The notes under the pieces are model-generated. The model was not told the origin of the DNA and made no database searches. It was given only the letters and a program-made list of their open reading frames with translations. Positions 56,378 through 64,000 of a DNA stretch of 64,000 nt are shown piece by piece. Each line of letters begins with the position of its first letter. Position 1 is the first letter of the stretch. Source of the DNA: Candidatus Zixiibacteriota bacterium (lineage in GTDB: Bacteria; Zixibacteria; MSB-5A5; GN15; FEB-12); contig JBGSIV010000214.1 of the NCBI GenBank assembly GCA_041742355.1, forward strand, positions 554 through 64,553, given 5' to 3'. Both the position numbers and the translations under genes were made by a program.

Positions 56378-56406
56378 GTAGGGCACGACCCTTTAGCGGT
56401 CGTGCC
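56378..56406. repeat. left REP (GTAG + 9-bp-stem hairpin)
   Basis: Read directly from the sequence. Confidence 0.9.
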
Positions 56407-56426
56407 TCGTGATTCCTGGTGGCGGC

Positions 56427-56930
56427 ATGTCAATACTCCTTCGGTACTTCTCGCCCGGACAGATGTATTTCATAACGACGGTCACGGAGCACCGCCGCCC
56501 AATCCTCGTGTCGAACAGCTCCCTGCTTGCTGCCGCCGTGGGTCGCGTGAAACGCGACTTACCGTTCGAGGCTATTGCGTGGTCAGTGTTACCTGACCAC
56601 TTTCATCTTGTCATGAACCCCGGCACCAATGACCCTGCCATGATCATAAAGCGGATCAAACAGATCTTTGGATATAAGTATCGACACCTGGTGGGGGCTT
56701 ATCGTGGCCGCGTATGGCAGAGGCGCTACTGGGACCACATCATCCGAGATGAGGCCGATCTGAACAGGCACATAGACTACATCCATTATAATCCCGTCAA
56801 GCACGGGCTGGTCGCCACACCCATTGAATGGCCACTTTCCTCGTTCGTGCGGTATCAGGCGCAGGGGGTTTATCCATCAGATTGGGGAGTGCGGAAGGAG
56901 GTACTAATTGACGGTGATTTTGGCGAATGA
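56427..56930 (+). CDS. REP-associated tyrosine transposase (IS200-like Y1 HUH enzyme)
   Basis: HUH motif LPDHFHLVM. Catalytic-Tyr motif DYIHYNPVKHGLV. WQRRYWDH. About 167 aa, single copy in the window. The ORF-track start is GTG 56409. Confidence 0.85.
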   Translation: MSILLRYFSPGQMYFITTVTEHRRPILVSNSSLLAAAVGRVKRDLPFEAIAWSVLPDHFHLVMNPGTNDPAMIIKRIKQIFGYKYRHLVGAYRGRVWQRRYWDHIIRDEADLNRHIDYIHYNPVKHGLVATPIEWPLSSFVRYQAQGVYPSDWGVRKEVLIDGDFGE

Positions 56931-56938
56931 GAGACAAT

Positions 56939-56967
56939 GGCACGACCACTGAAGGGTCGTGCCCTAC
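56939..56967. repeat. right REP (9-bp-stem hairpin + CTAC)
   Basis: Read directly from the sequence. Confidence 0.9.
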
Positions 56968-57303
56968 AGGAACTTGAGGTCACAATTTGTGACCTCAAAC
57001 AGGGGTCGTGGCGGAAGACGTTACGCGCCAAGAGCTTTCACCGAGCACGGCGCCATCATGCTCGCCGCCGTCCTTAACTCCCCACGGGCCATTGAGGCCA
57101 GCATCTATGTTGTCCGGGCCTTCGTCCGCATGCGCGAATTGCTCTCCGTTAACAAGGAATTCGCCGCCAAACTCGCTGATCTTGAACGCCGTGTAACCGG
57201 CCACGACGAGGATCTCCGAAACATCGTCGCGGCCCTCCGCCGCCTCATGACTCCGCCGGATCCGCCCCGGCGAAAAATCGGATTCGACTCTGACAACGGG
57301 TAA
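56959..57303 (+). pseudogene. ORF6N/KilA-N-like DNA-binding protein, 5'-truncated remnant
   Basis: The ORF starts with a GTG inside the right REP. Similarity to ORF6N proteins begins at NLRSQFVTS...RRYAPRAFTEHGAIMLAAVLNSPRAIEASIYVVRAFVRMRE. The N-terminal segment I recall for this family (RGQRVMLDxDLAxLYGV...) is absent. Confidence 0.55.
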
Positions 57304-57364
57304 CCAAGTTGGCGCCGAGATCCGATGTGTATAAGGCGACGAGCTGTCGATACTAGTAATTGTG

Positions 57365-58201
57365 ATGAAATCCAGGTTATCATTGCAGCGCGGTGTATGC
57401 AAGCGTCTTGCGTTTGCTCTCGTTACCGTGCTGCTATCATTCGCCGCCTCAAGTAACAGCTGGGCGGGAGAGTTCTCCATCTATCGCTCCGATACGCCCA
57501 ATGAGTACTCGATTGTTTACCAGGGTTATCAGTGCCGCGACGGTGTACTGGATTACCACGAATGGTCGTTCTCTGTGCCGTCGGATTCACGTGCTCGGGT
57601 CGCCATTGTCTCAATTGAGGGAGACACCCTCTTTACAGTGGATACGGTTCTCGCAGCCGGTGCCCACAGAGCAATCTGGTCTCTCGACAGCTCTCGTCAA
57701 GCGACACAGGATACGGAGGATCTCGTATGGTTGTGTATTGAGACCGGAAGCCAAAGCACCTTCCCGTCGGGGCGCCGCAAGATCAGCAGCAAAATCATAT
57801 CGGCTACCGTCGAGAGAGATGCCTCCCCCTCGGGCGGTGGAACGCAGGGGCAGACATGTCCCGCTCTCGCTCGCTGGCGCTATGGCAATGACGTCCCGAC
57901 GGGATTCTCGATGTCGGTGGCGTACCCCAACCCGTTCGCCGGATCCTTTCCCCCGGCATTCGCGCTGCCATGCCTGTGCCAGATCAGCCTGATCGTCAAG
58001 GATACCGCAGAGAACATCGTGCACGCCTATGAAGAATGCACCCTGCCCGGCGGACGCTACCAGCCATGCTGGGATTGCCCGGAAGGCCCGCAAGACACCA
58101 TTCCCTCCGGCGTCTATTATTATGAATTGACGGCGGCCACCATTGCCGGCCCACATCGTAGCACGTTTTTTGTCCGGATGCCCTATCTGCTCCTCCGTTA
58201 A
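57365..58201 (+). CDS. hypothetical secreted protein with a T9SS-type C-terminal sorting domain
   Basis: Signal peptide LAFALVTVLLSFAASSNSWA. C-terminal AYPNPFAGSF...GVYYYEL. Confidence 0.6.
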   Translation: MKSRLSLQRGVCKRLAFALVTVLLSFAASSNSWAGEFSIYRSDTPNEYSIVYQGYQCRDGVLDYHEWSFSVPSDSRARVAIVSIEGDTLFTVDTVLAAGAHRAIWSLDSSRQATQDTEDLVWLCIETGSQSTFPSGRRKISSKIISATVERDASPSGGGTQGQTCPALARWRYGNDVPTGFSMSVAYPNPFAGSFPPAFALPCLCQISLIVKDTAENIVHAYEECTLPGGRYQPCWDCPEGPQDTIPSGVYYYELTAATIAGPHRSTFFVRMPYLLLR

Positions 58202-58277
58202 CACAGTGCTCGCCTTTCTGTCACCACATGGCCGCCTCACCCACTATATTGCGAGGGATCCGCAATTAGGAGAATTT

Positions 58278-58691
58278 ATGGCTCAGCACCCCGTTCCCGG
58301 CGTCCTGCACCACGTCGAGCTCTACGTGAGCGACCTCGACCGTTCCATCGCATTCTGGGAGTGGTTTCTCCTCCCCCTTGGCTACACGCTCTACCAATCC
58401 TGGCCCAAAGGCCGCTCCTATCGCCTCGGCCACACCTACCTCGTCTTCGTTCAGGTCGAAGAACGTTTCGCCGACATTCCCTACCACCGCTGCCGGGTCG
58501 GCCTCAACCACCTCGCCTTTCACGCCGAGTCCCGCGATCACGTCGACCGCCTCACCGAGCAACTCCGCGCCCGCGGCGTAACGATCCTCTACCCGGATCG
58601 CCACCCGGTCGCTTCAGGATCATACGCTGTCTTCTTCGAAGATCCCGACCGCATCAAAGTCGAACTGGTCGCCCCGGACACCACCGAGTAG
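58278..58691 (+). CDS. VOC/glyoxalase-family protein
   Basis: 137 aa. HHVELYVSDLDRSIAFW. AGGAGA ribosome-binding site. TATATTG box at 58245. Confidence 0.8.
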   Translation: MAQHPVPGVLHHVELYVSDLDRSIAFWEWFLLPLGYTLYQSWPKGRSYRLGHTYLVFVQVEERFADIPYHRCRVGLNHLAFHAESRDHVDRLTEQLRARGVTILYPDRHPVASGSYAVFFEDPDRIKVELVAPDTTE

Positions 58692-58879
58692 CCCGAAACC
58701 CTGCTGCACGTTGTTCGGTGCGGCGGTTCCCCTGCTCACGCCGTAGTCCCGGCCGGATCACTCCCGCCAACTCCTGTCAGGCTGTCCTCCGGCCACCCCC
58801 AAAGCCCAAAATTCTTCCCCCACCCCGCCGAAAATCCCCTACATTGTCGCCGTTAAATTGACTGAACCAGGAGTCTGCT

Positions 58880-61567
58880 GTGGACATACATAAACTCGAC
58901 CGGATCTTCAATCCCCGCCGTATCGCCCTTATCGGCGTGACGATCAACCCCAATTCGGTCGGCGGCAAAGTGCTGGCCAACCTTGTCGCGGGCGGTTTCC
59001 GCGGCGTCGTCTATCCCGTCAACCCCGAGAGCGAAGCGGTCATGGGGATTCCCTGCTATCCCGACCTCGCCTCCCTGCCGAAAACCCCCGATCTTGCGGT
59101 GATCTGCACCCCCGCCGAGAAAGTCCCGGCCACGGTGAAAGCCTGCGGCGAGGCGGGCATTCTCGGAATTATCATTCTCTCCGCAGGATTCAAGGAAACC
59201 GGCCCGGAGGGCAAAGCTCTCGAGGATCAGATCCGCGCCTATCACCGGCTCTTTCCCGGCATGCGCATTATCGGCCCCAACTGCCTCGGCATCATTGTCC
59301 CCGAGCGCAACCTCAACCTCAGCTTCGCCGGATCGATGCCCAAAGCCGGCAACGTCGCATTTCTCTCCCAGTCCGGCGCGCTCTGCACGTCGGTTCTGGA
59401 CTGGGCAATGGAAGGGAAGATCGGCTTCTCGCATTTCGTCTCGATCGGCAACACGATCGACGTCAATTTCGGCGACCTCATCGACTATTTCGGCGCGGAC
59501 GAAACCACCCGCTCGATCATTCTTTACATCGAGTCGATCAGTAACGCCTCCCGTTTCATGACCGCCGCGCGCGCGTTCGCCCGCACCAAGCCGATCATCG
59601 CATTCAAGGCCGGGCGTTTCCCCGAGTCGGCCGCGGTGGCCGCCTCGCATACGGGCGCGCTTGCCTCCGAGGACGCCGTGTACGACGCCGCTTTCCAGCG
59701 AGTCGGCCTCGCCCGCGTCTTCAATGTCGCCAACATCTTTGACTGCGCCGAGCTGATCGGCCGCAACCGCATCCCGACCGGCCCCAACCTCGGCATTGTC
59801 ACCAACGCCGGCGGGCCGGGGGTGATCGCCGCCGATGCGCTCATTGACGCCCACGGCTCCCTTGCCCGCCTCTCACCCGGGACGATCGACCAGTTGAACA
59901 GTGCGCTGCCCTCGTCGTGGTCGCACGGCAACCCGGTCGATATCCTCGGCGACGCTACGTCAAAGCGCCTTGAAAAGGCGGCCCAGATTGTTCTCGCCGA
60001 CCCGGGCGTCGAGGCGCTGCTCGTCATCCTCACGCCGCAGGCCATGACCAATGTCACCGCCTGCGCCAAAGTTATCGGCAAACTGGCCGCGACCACTCCC
60101 AAGCCGATCCTCGCCACCTGGCTGGGGGGGGTATCGATGAGAGAGGGGATGCAGATCCTCTCCGACAGCGGGGTGGCAACCTATCGCACACCTGAGCAGG
60201 CGGTTCGCTCGTTCATGACGCTCGTGGACTATGGGCGGAATTTGCAGATACTCTATGAAACCCCGCGCGATGTCCCGGTTGAATTCCAGCTTGACCGCGC
60301 CCGTCTGCGCGACGCTTTCATCGCCCAACGATTCAACAACGGCAATATCCTGTCGGAGGATGTCTCCAAGGAGCTGCTCGAACTCTACGGCATTCCGACC
60401 ACCCGGCCCTTCCCGGCCGCGACGGCCGACGAGGCCGTGCAGCGGGCCAACCAGATCGGCTACCCGGTGGTCATCAAGATCCTTTCACCCGATATCACGC
60501 ACAAGACCGATGTCGGCGGTGTCGCGCTCCACCTCGAAGATGAGATCATGGTTCGCGCCGCGTTCGACCACATGATGCTTTCGGTCAGGGACAAGGCGCC
60601 GACCGCCCGTATCGACGGCGTCACGGTCCAGTCGATGATCGACGCCCGCGACAGTATCGAGATGATCCTCGGAATCAAGAAAGACGCCACGTTCGGCACG
60701 GTCATGATGGCCGGTATGGGTGGTGTCGCGGCCGAGCTCCTCCGCGATCGCAGCCTCGGTTTCCCGCCGCTGAACGAACGCCTCGCCCGGGGCATGCTCG
60801 AATCACTCAAGATCTGGCCGCTCCTGAACGGCTACCGCGGCCGCCCCGCCGCCAATGTCGACCGCCTCATCGAGATCCTCATCCGCCTGTCCTATCTTGC
60901 GGCCGACTACCCCGAAATCACCGAGCTGGATATCAATCCCCTGCTGGTTACCCCGCGCGATGTGGTCGCTCTCGATGCCCGCGTGGTCATCGACCGGTCG
61001 CTGGTCGGCGCCACGATCGAGCCGTACTCACACCTCGCGCTGCGTCCCTACCCGGAGAAGTATGTCTCGCAGGTGACACTCAAAGACGGCACCGAGGTCA
61101 CCCTCCGCCCGATCAAACCCGAGGACGAACCCCTCTGGCTGGCCCTCTTGTCCAGCTGCTCCAAGGAGGCGATCTACTCCCGCTTCCGCTACTTCTTCCA
61201 CTGGAATTCGCACGATGTCGCCACCCGTTTCTGCTACATCGACTACAACCGGGAGATCGCCATCGTTGCGGAGATCGTGGAAGACGGGGTCCGCAAGATC
61301 ATCGGTGTCGGGCGCCTCATCAGCGACCCCGACCACGAAGAGGTCGAGTACGCCGTGCTGATTGCCGATGCCTGGCAGAAGAAAGAGGTCGGCAGCATCC
61401 TGACCGACTTCTGCATGGAGGTTGCCCGGCGCTGGAATCTCCGGCGCATCGTCGCCCAGACCACGACCGACAACCGGCCGATGATCTCGGTCTTCGAGAA
61501 GCGCGGCTTCGAGATCTCGTTCGCCGACGGCGGTACGTCGGTGTATGTCGCGAAAGAACTGATCTAG
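58880..61567 (+). CDS. Pat-like bifunctional protein: ADP-forming acyl-CoA synthetase-type domains fused to a C-terminal GNAT acetyltransferase
   Basis: 895 aa. GTG start with an AGGAG ribosome-binding site. CoA-binding N-terminus (IALIGVTINPNSVGG), ATP-grasp middle region, GNAT C-terminus (VLIADAWQKKEVGSIL). Confidence 0.85.
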   Translation: MDIHKLDRIFNPRRIALIGVTINPNSVGGKVLANLVAGGFRGVVYPVNPESEAVMGIPCYPDLASLPKTPDLAVICTPAEKVPATVKACGEAGILGIIILSAGFKETGPEGKALEDQIRAYHRLFPGMRIIGPNCLGIIVPERNLNLSFAGSMPKAGNVAFLSQSGALCTSVLDWAMEGKIGFSHFVSIGNTIDVNFGDLIDYFGADETTRSIILYIESISNASRFMTAARAFARTKPIIAFKAGRFPESAAVAASHTGALASEDAVYDAAFQRVGLARVFNVANIFDCAELIGRNRIPTGPNLGIVTNAGGPGVIAADALIDAHGSLARLSPGTIDQLNSALPSSWSHGNPVDILGDATSKRLEKAAQIVLADPGVEALLVILTPQAMTNVTACAKVIGKLAATTPKPILATWLGGVSMREGMQILSDSGVATYRTPEQAVRSFMTLVDYGRNLQILYETPRDVPVEFQLDRARLRDAFIAQRFNNGNILSEDVSKELLELYGIPTTRPFPAATADEAVQRANQIGYPVVIKILSPDITHKTDVGGVALHLEDEIMVRAAFDHMMLSVRDKAPTARIDGVTVQSMIDARDSIEMILGIKKDATFGTVMMAGMGGVAAELLRDRSLGFPPLNERLARGMLESLKIWPLLNGYRGRPAANVDRLIEILIRLSYLAADYPEITELDINPLLVTPRDVVALDARVVIDRSLVGATIEPYSHLALRPYPEKYVSQVTLKDGTEVTLRPIKPEDEPLWLALLSSCSKEAIYSRFRYFFHWNSHDVATRFCYIDYNREIAIVAEIVEDGVRKIIGVGRLISDPDHEEVEYAVLIADAWQKKEVGSILTDFCMEVARRWNLRRIVAQTTTDNRPMISVFEKRGFEISFADGGTSVYVAKELI

Positions 61568-61586
61568 CGGCGCAGGCCGCCTGCGT

Positions 61587-61618
61587 CCAACCCGGCCGAA
61601 CACAATCGGCCGGGTTGG
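61587..61618 (+). terminator. hairpin after the Pat-like gene
   Basis: 13-bp stem CCAACCCGGCCGA/TCGGCCGGGTTGG. No T tract. Confidence 0.4.
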
Positions 61619-61759
61619 GGATTCGACGCCACCGCTCGCCCCTCCGCCACGGGAAACGAATCCCACTCGTTCGTGTTGTACTGGCATACGTCCCGGCAAA
61701 CCCCGAGGGTTTGCTTCCGGGCGACCGGTAATTGCCGATTGAGTGCGAGGAGTCGATCG

Positions 61760-62809
61760 ATGAGTGATCAGGAAACGACACGGCGCCAGCCGAATTTCAG
61801 GCCCGATGCCATAACGCACGAGCCGCAGTCGTGCAAGCTGGACGCCGATGGCCGGCGGCAGGTTGTCCACCTGCGCCAGTTTTCCGAGGGGATTGTCAGG
61901 CTGGTCGAAACTATCACGCCCGCAGTAGTCAAGCTGACGGTTGAGTTCGAAAGCTCCCGTAACCGCCAGGCTGCCCGCCACGGCACCGGTTCCGGCGTAA
62001 TCATCACACCCGACGGCTACATTCTGACCAACAGCCATGTCGTCCACCGCGCCCGCGATATCGCCGTGACCTTTTTGGACGGCAGCACGGTCCCGGCGCA
62101 GTTGATCGGGGAGGATACCGGCACCGACCTTGCGGTCATTCGGGCGGCCGGCTCCGGGCTTGATTTTGCCGGTTTCGGAAATTCCGGTGAACTCCGGCCC
62201 GGCGAGATGGTCATCGCGATCGGCAGTCCGCTCGGCTTCGATGCGACGGTCTCGACGGGTGTTATCAGTTCGCTCGGGCGCGGGCTGCGCGCGCAGGACG
62301 GCCGCCTGATCGAGAATATCATTCAGCACACCGCCCCGCTCAATCCCGGTAATTCGGGCGGGCCGCTCATCAACCTCGATGCCGACGTGGTCGGCGTCAA
62401 CACGGCGATCGTGGCGGCCGCGCAGGGAATCGGCTTCGCGGTTCCCTCGAACACGGCCTCACTCGTTGTGTCTCAGCTGATCGCCCACGGCCGGGTCCGC
62501 CGCGCCTACCTTGGCATAGTCGCCGGCACCCGCCAGCTGGACCGCCGTCTCGCGCGCTTCCACAATGTCCCCAACGATTACGCCGCCGAGGTCATCTCTG
62601 TGGCCGACGGCTCCCCGGCCGCCGCCGGGGGACTGAAATCCGGCGACCTCATTGTCACTCTCAACGACCGCCGGATGGGGTCGGTCGACGATCTCCACCG
62701 CGCGCTCACCGAAATTCAGGTCGGTAGCGCCTTTACCCTCAGTCTTATCCGCGGGCGCCAACTGCTGACGATGGATCTGGTGGCCGGAGAACTTCCCGCC
62801 CAGCAGTAG
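61760..62809 (+). CDS. HtrA/DegP-family serine protease with a PDZ domain
   Basis: Catalytic triad contexts TNSHVV, TDLAVI, GNSGGPL. GAGGAG ribosome-binding site before the ATG at 61760. Confidence 0.88.
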   Translation: MSDQETTRRQPNFRPDAITHEPQSCKLDADGRRQVVHLRQFSEGIVRLVETITPAVVKLTVEFESSRNRQAARHGTGSGVIITPDGYILTNSHVVHRARDIAVTFLDGSTVPAQLIGEDTGTDLAVIRAAGSGLDFAGFGNSGELRPGEMVIAIGSPLGFDATVSTGVISSLGRGLRAQDGRLIENIIQHTAPLNPGNSGGPLINLDADVVGVNTAIVAAAQGIGFAVPSNTASLVVSQLIAHGRVRRAYLGIVAGTRQLDRRLARFHNVPNDYAAEVISVADGSPAAAGGLKSGDLIVTLNDRRMGSVDDLHRALTEIQVGSAFTLSLIRGRQLLTMDLVAGELPAQQ

Positions 62810-62834
62810 TGAGAGCACCCGGTTTCCGGGGCCG

Positions 62835-62866
62835 CAAAAAACGCCCGGGGGGGATGTCCCGGGCGT
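62835..62866 (-). terminator. rho-independent terminator (minus strand, for the MCP gene)
   Basis: Stem ACGCCCGGG/CCCGGGCGT. On the minus strand it is followed by T6 (A6 at 62835-62840). Confidence 0.65.
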
Positions 62867-62880
62867 CGCGAGGAAGTGAC

Positions 62881-62910
62881 GGCAGCCTCTGCACGAGGCT
62901 GCCTTTATGC
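62881..62910 (+). terminator. rho-independent terminator (plus strand, for htrA)
   Basis: Stem GGCAGCCTC/GAGGCTGCC with loop TGCAC, followed by TTTATGC. Confidence 0.5.
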
Positions 62911-62919
62911 AGAAAAGGA

Positions 62920-64000
62920 TTAGCGGGCCGCAAGCTGGAAGGACTCGATTATTTTGCGCAGTTCATCCGCCTGTCGGTTGAGTTCTTCCGCCGCCGAGGC
63001 CGACTGTTCCGATCCGGCGGCAGTTTCTCTCGTGACCGAGGAGATGTGTTCGATATTGCGCGAGACCTCTTCGGCGGCGCCTGACTGCTGCTGGGTCGCC
63101 GACGACATCTGCTGGATCATTTCCATTACCTGGTGAGAGATTTCCACGATTTCGCTCAGGCTGACGCCGGCTTTGTCGGTCATCGCCCGCCCCCTGTCCA
63201 CCTCCTGCATCCCCTGTTCCATGGACACGACCGCCTCTTCCGTCTCTGTCTGGATCCCCTTGATCATCTCGGTGATCTCCCCGGTCGCCTTGCCGGTCCG
63301 CTCGGCCAGTTTGCGGACCTCGTCGGCCACCACGGCAAAGCCCCGGCCCTGATCTCCGGCCCGGGCCGCTTCGATAGCCGCGTTGAGAGCCAGAAGATTG
63401 GTCTGGTCGGCGATGTCGTCGATCACCTTGGTAATTTCCCCGATCTGGTCGGCACTGGTCGCCAGCTTCGCGATCGATTCGGCCGACTGACGCACAACTT
63501 CCGAGATCCGCTGCATCCCGGCAATCGATTGCGTTACCACCTGTCCGCCGGTGCCGGCGGTTCCGGCCGCGGTGCGTGAAGCCGTCGACGCCTCCTCGGC
63601 GTGTTTGGACGACTCGATGATGTTCGCCGACATCTCTTCCACCGCCGCCGAGACCTGCGCAATCTGTTCGGCCTGGTTCTTCGCTCCCAGCGACATTTGT
63701 TCCGAGGCCGTGGCGATTTCATGTGCGGCCGAAGCCAGTTCCCGCACCGCCTCCTGCAGCCGGTGAATCATCGCTGTCAGGTTTTCGATCATACTTCGGA
63801 ATGACAGTCCGAGCACATCCTTATCCGAGGCCGGCTGGACGCTCATGGTCAGGTCATTCTGCGCCACCTTTTCGGCCACCGCGGCCAGGCGCTTCATGTA
63901 GTCAATCAGCTTGCGAAAGGCCTCGGCGAGGATGCCGATTTCGTCTTTGCCGAAGATATCGATGCGCTGGTCGACATCGCCCAGCGATATCCGTTCCGCG
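62920..64000 (-). CDS. methyl-accepting chemotaxis protein, C-terminal part (5' end lies outside the window)
   Basis: Signalling domain [34 protein letters not shown]. The frame stays open upstream of the ORF-track Met through a HAMP-like segment ([19 protein letters not shown]) to base 64000. Confidence 0.9.
   Translation of the reverse strand, partial: AERISLGDVDQRIDIFGKDEIGILAEAFRKLIDYMKRLAAVAEKVAQNDLTMSVQPASDKDVLGLSFRSMIENLTAMIHRLQEAVRELASAAHEIATASEQMSLGAKNQAEQIAQVSAAVEEMSANIIESSKHAEEASTASRTAAGTAGTGGQVVTQSIAGMQRISEVVRQSAESIAKLATSADQIGEITKVIDDIADQTNLLALNAAIEAARAGDQGRGFAVVADEVRKLAERTGKATGEITEMIKGIQTETEEAVVSMEQGMQEVDRGRAMTDKAGVSLSEIVEISHQVMEMIQQMSSATQQQSGAAEEVSRNIEHISSVTRETAAGSEQSASAAEELNRQADELRKIIESFQLAAR

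Larger units (their letters stand above)
56378..56967 (+). mobile_element. RAYT cassette: a REP-associated tyrosine transposase gene bracketed by inverted REP hairpins
   Basis: Left end GTAG-GGCACGACC-CTTTAGC-GGTCGTGCC (56378-56406). Right end GGCACGACC-ACTGAAG-GGTCGTGCC-CTAC (56939-56967). The stems are identical and the GTAG/CTAC tetranucleotides face outward. Confidence 0.8.

Noticed and set aside
56378-58201. Prophage or genomic-island remnant (RAYT, ORF6N fragment, hypothetical secreted protein)
   Set aside because: There is no integrase, no phage structural or replication genes, no att-like direct repeats and no tRNA target. The RAYT cassette plus a truncated ORF6N gene is the simpler description.

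Overview
This is a GC-rich bacterial chromosomal window. I found no rRNA, tRNA, CRISPR array or cas gene. The gene content looks like the core chromosome of an uncultivated bacterium with a type IX secretion system (T9SS), probably an FCB-type lineage. The main gene blocks are:
- the metK 3' end followed by ahcY;
- a complete co-linear classical menaquinone cluster (ubiE/menG-menF-menD-menH-menB-menA-menC-menE) plus a convergent 4HBT thioesterase;
- a secreted PepF, a ferritin, and an M14 carboxypeptidase carrying TSP3 repeats and a dockerin;
- gyrA, an FG-GAP T9SS cargo protein, and a TonB-dependent-like outer-membrane protein;
- lptB-rpoN-hpf;
- hutU and hutI, separated by a GT39-like glycosyltransferase and a C5-epimerase-like lipoprotein;
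- lptE, a PorV/PorQ-like barrel, comM, a Pat-like acetyltransferase, HtrA, and an MCP fragment.

The unusual content is non-coding. Six patches (about 14.0, 23.9-25.2, 26.8-27.1, 28.4-28.9, 43.6-44.3 and 51.0-51.2 kb) are built from a modular set of short GC-rich hairpin repeats. Many have the form GTC(A/G)G-stem-loop-stem-C(T/C)GAC followed by CTAC, and their stems differ between copies by compensatory changes. Two copies sit in frame inside genes. A single REP-associated tyrosine transposase (RAYT) gene at 56.4 kb is bracketed by a mirror pair, GTAG-hairpin ... hairpin-CTAC, and abuts a 5'-truncated ORF6N gene. I interpret the whole as a RAYT/REP mosaic repeat system (BIME- or BOX-like).

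I could not identify a defence, prophage or secondary-metabolite locus. All functional calls come from reading motifs in the supplied translations; no database search was run.
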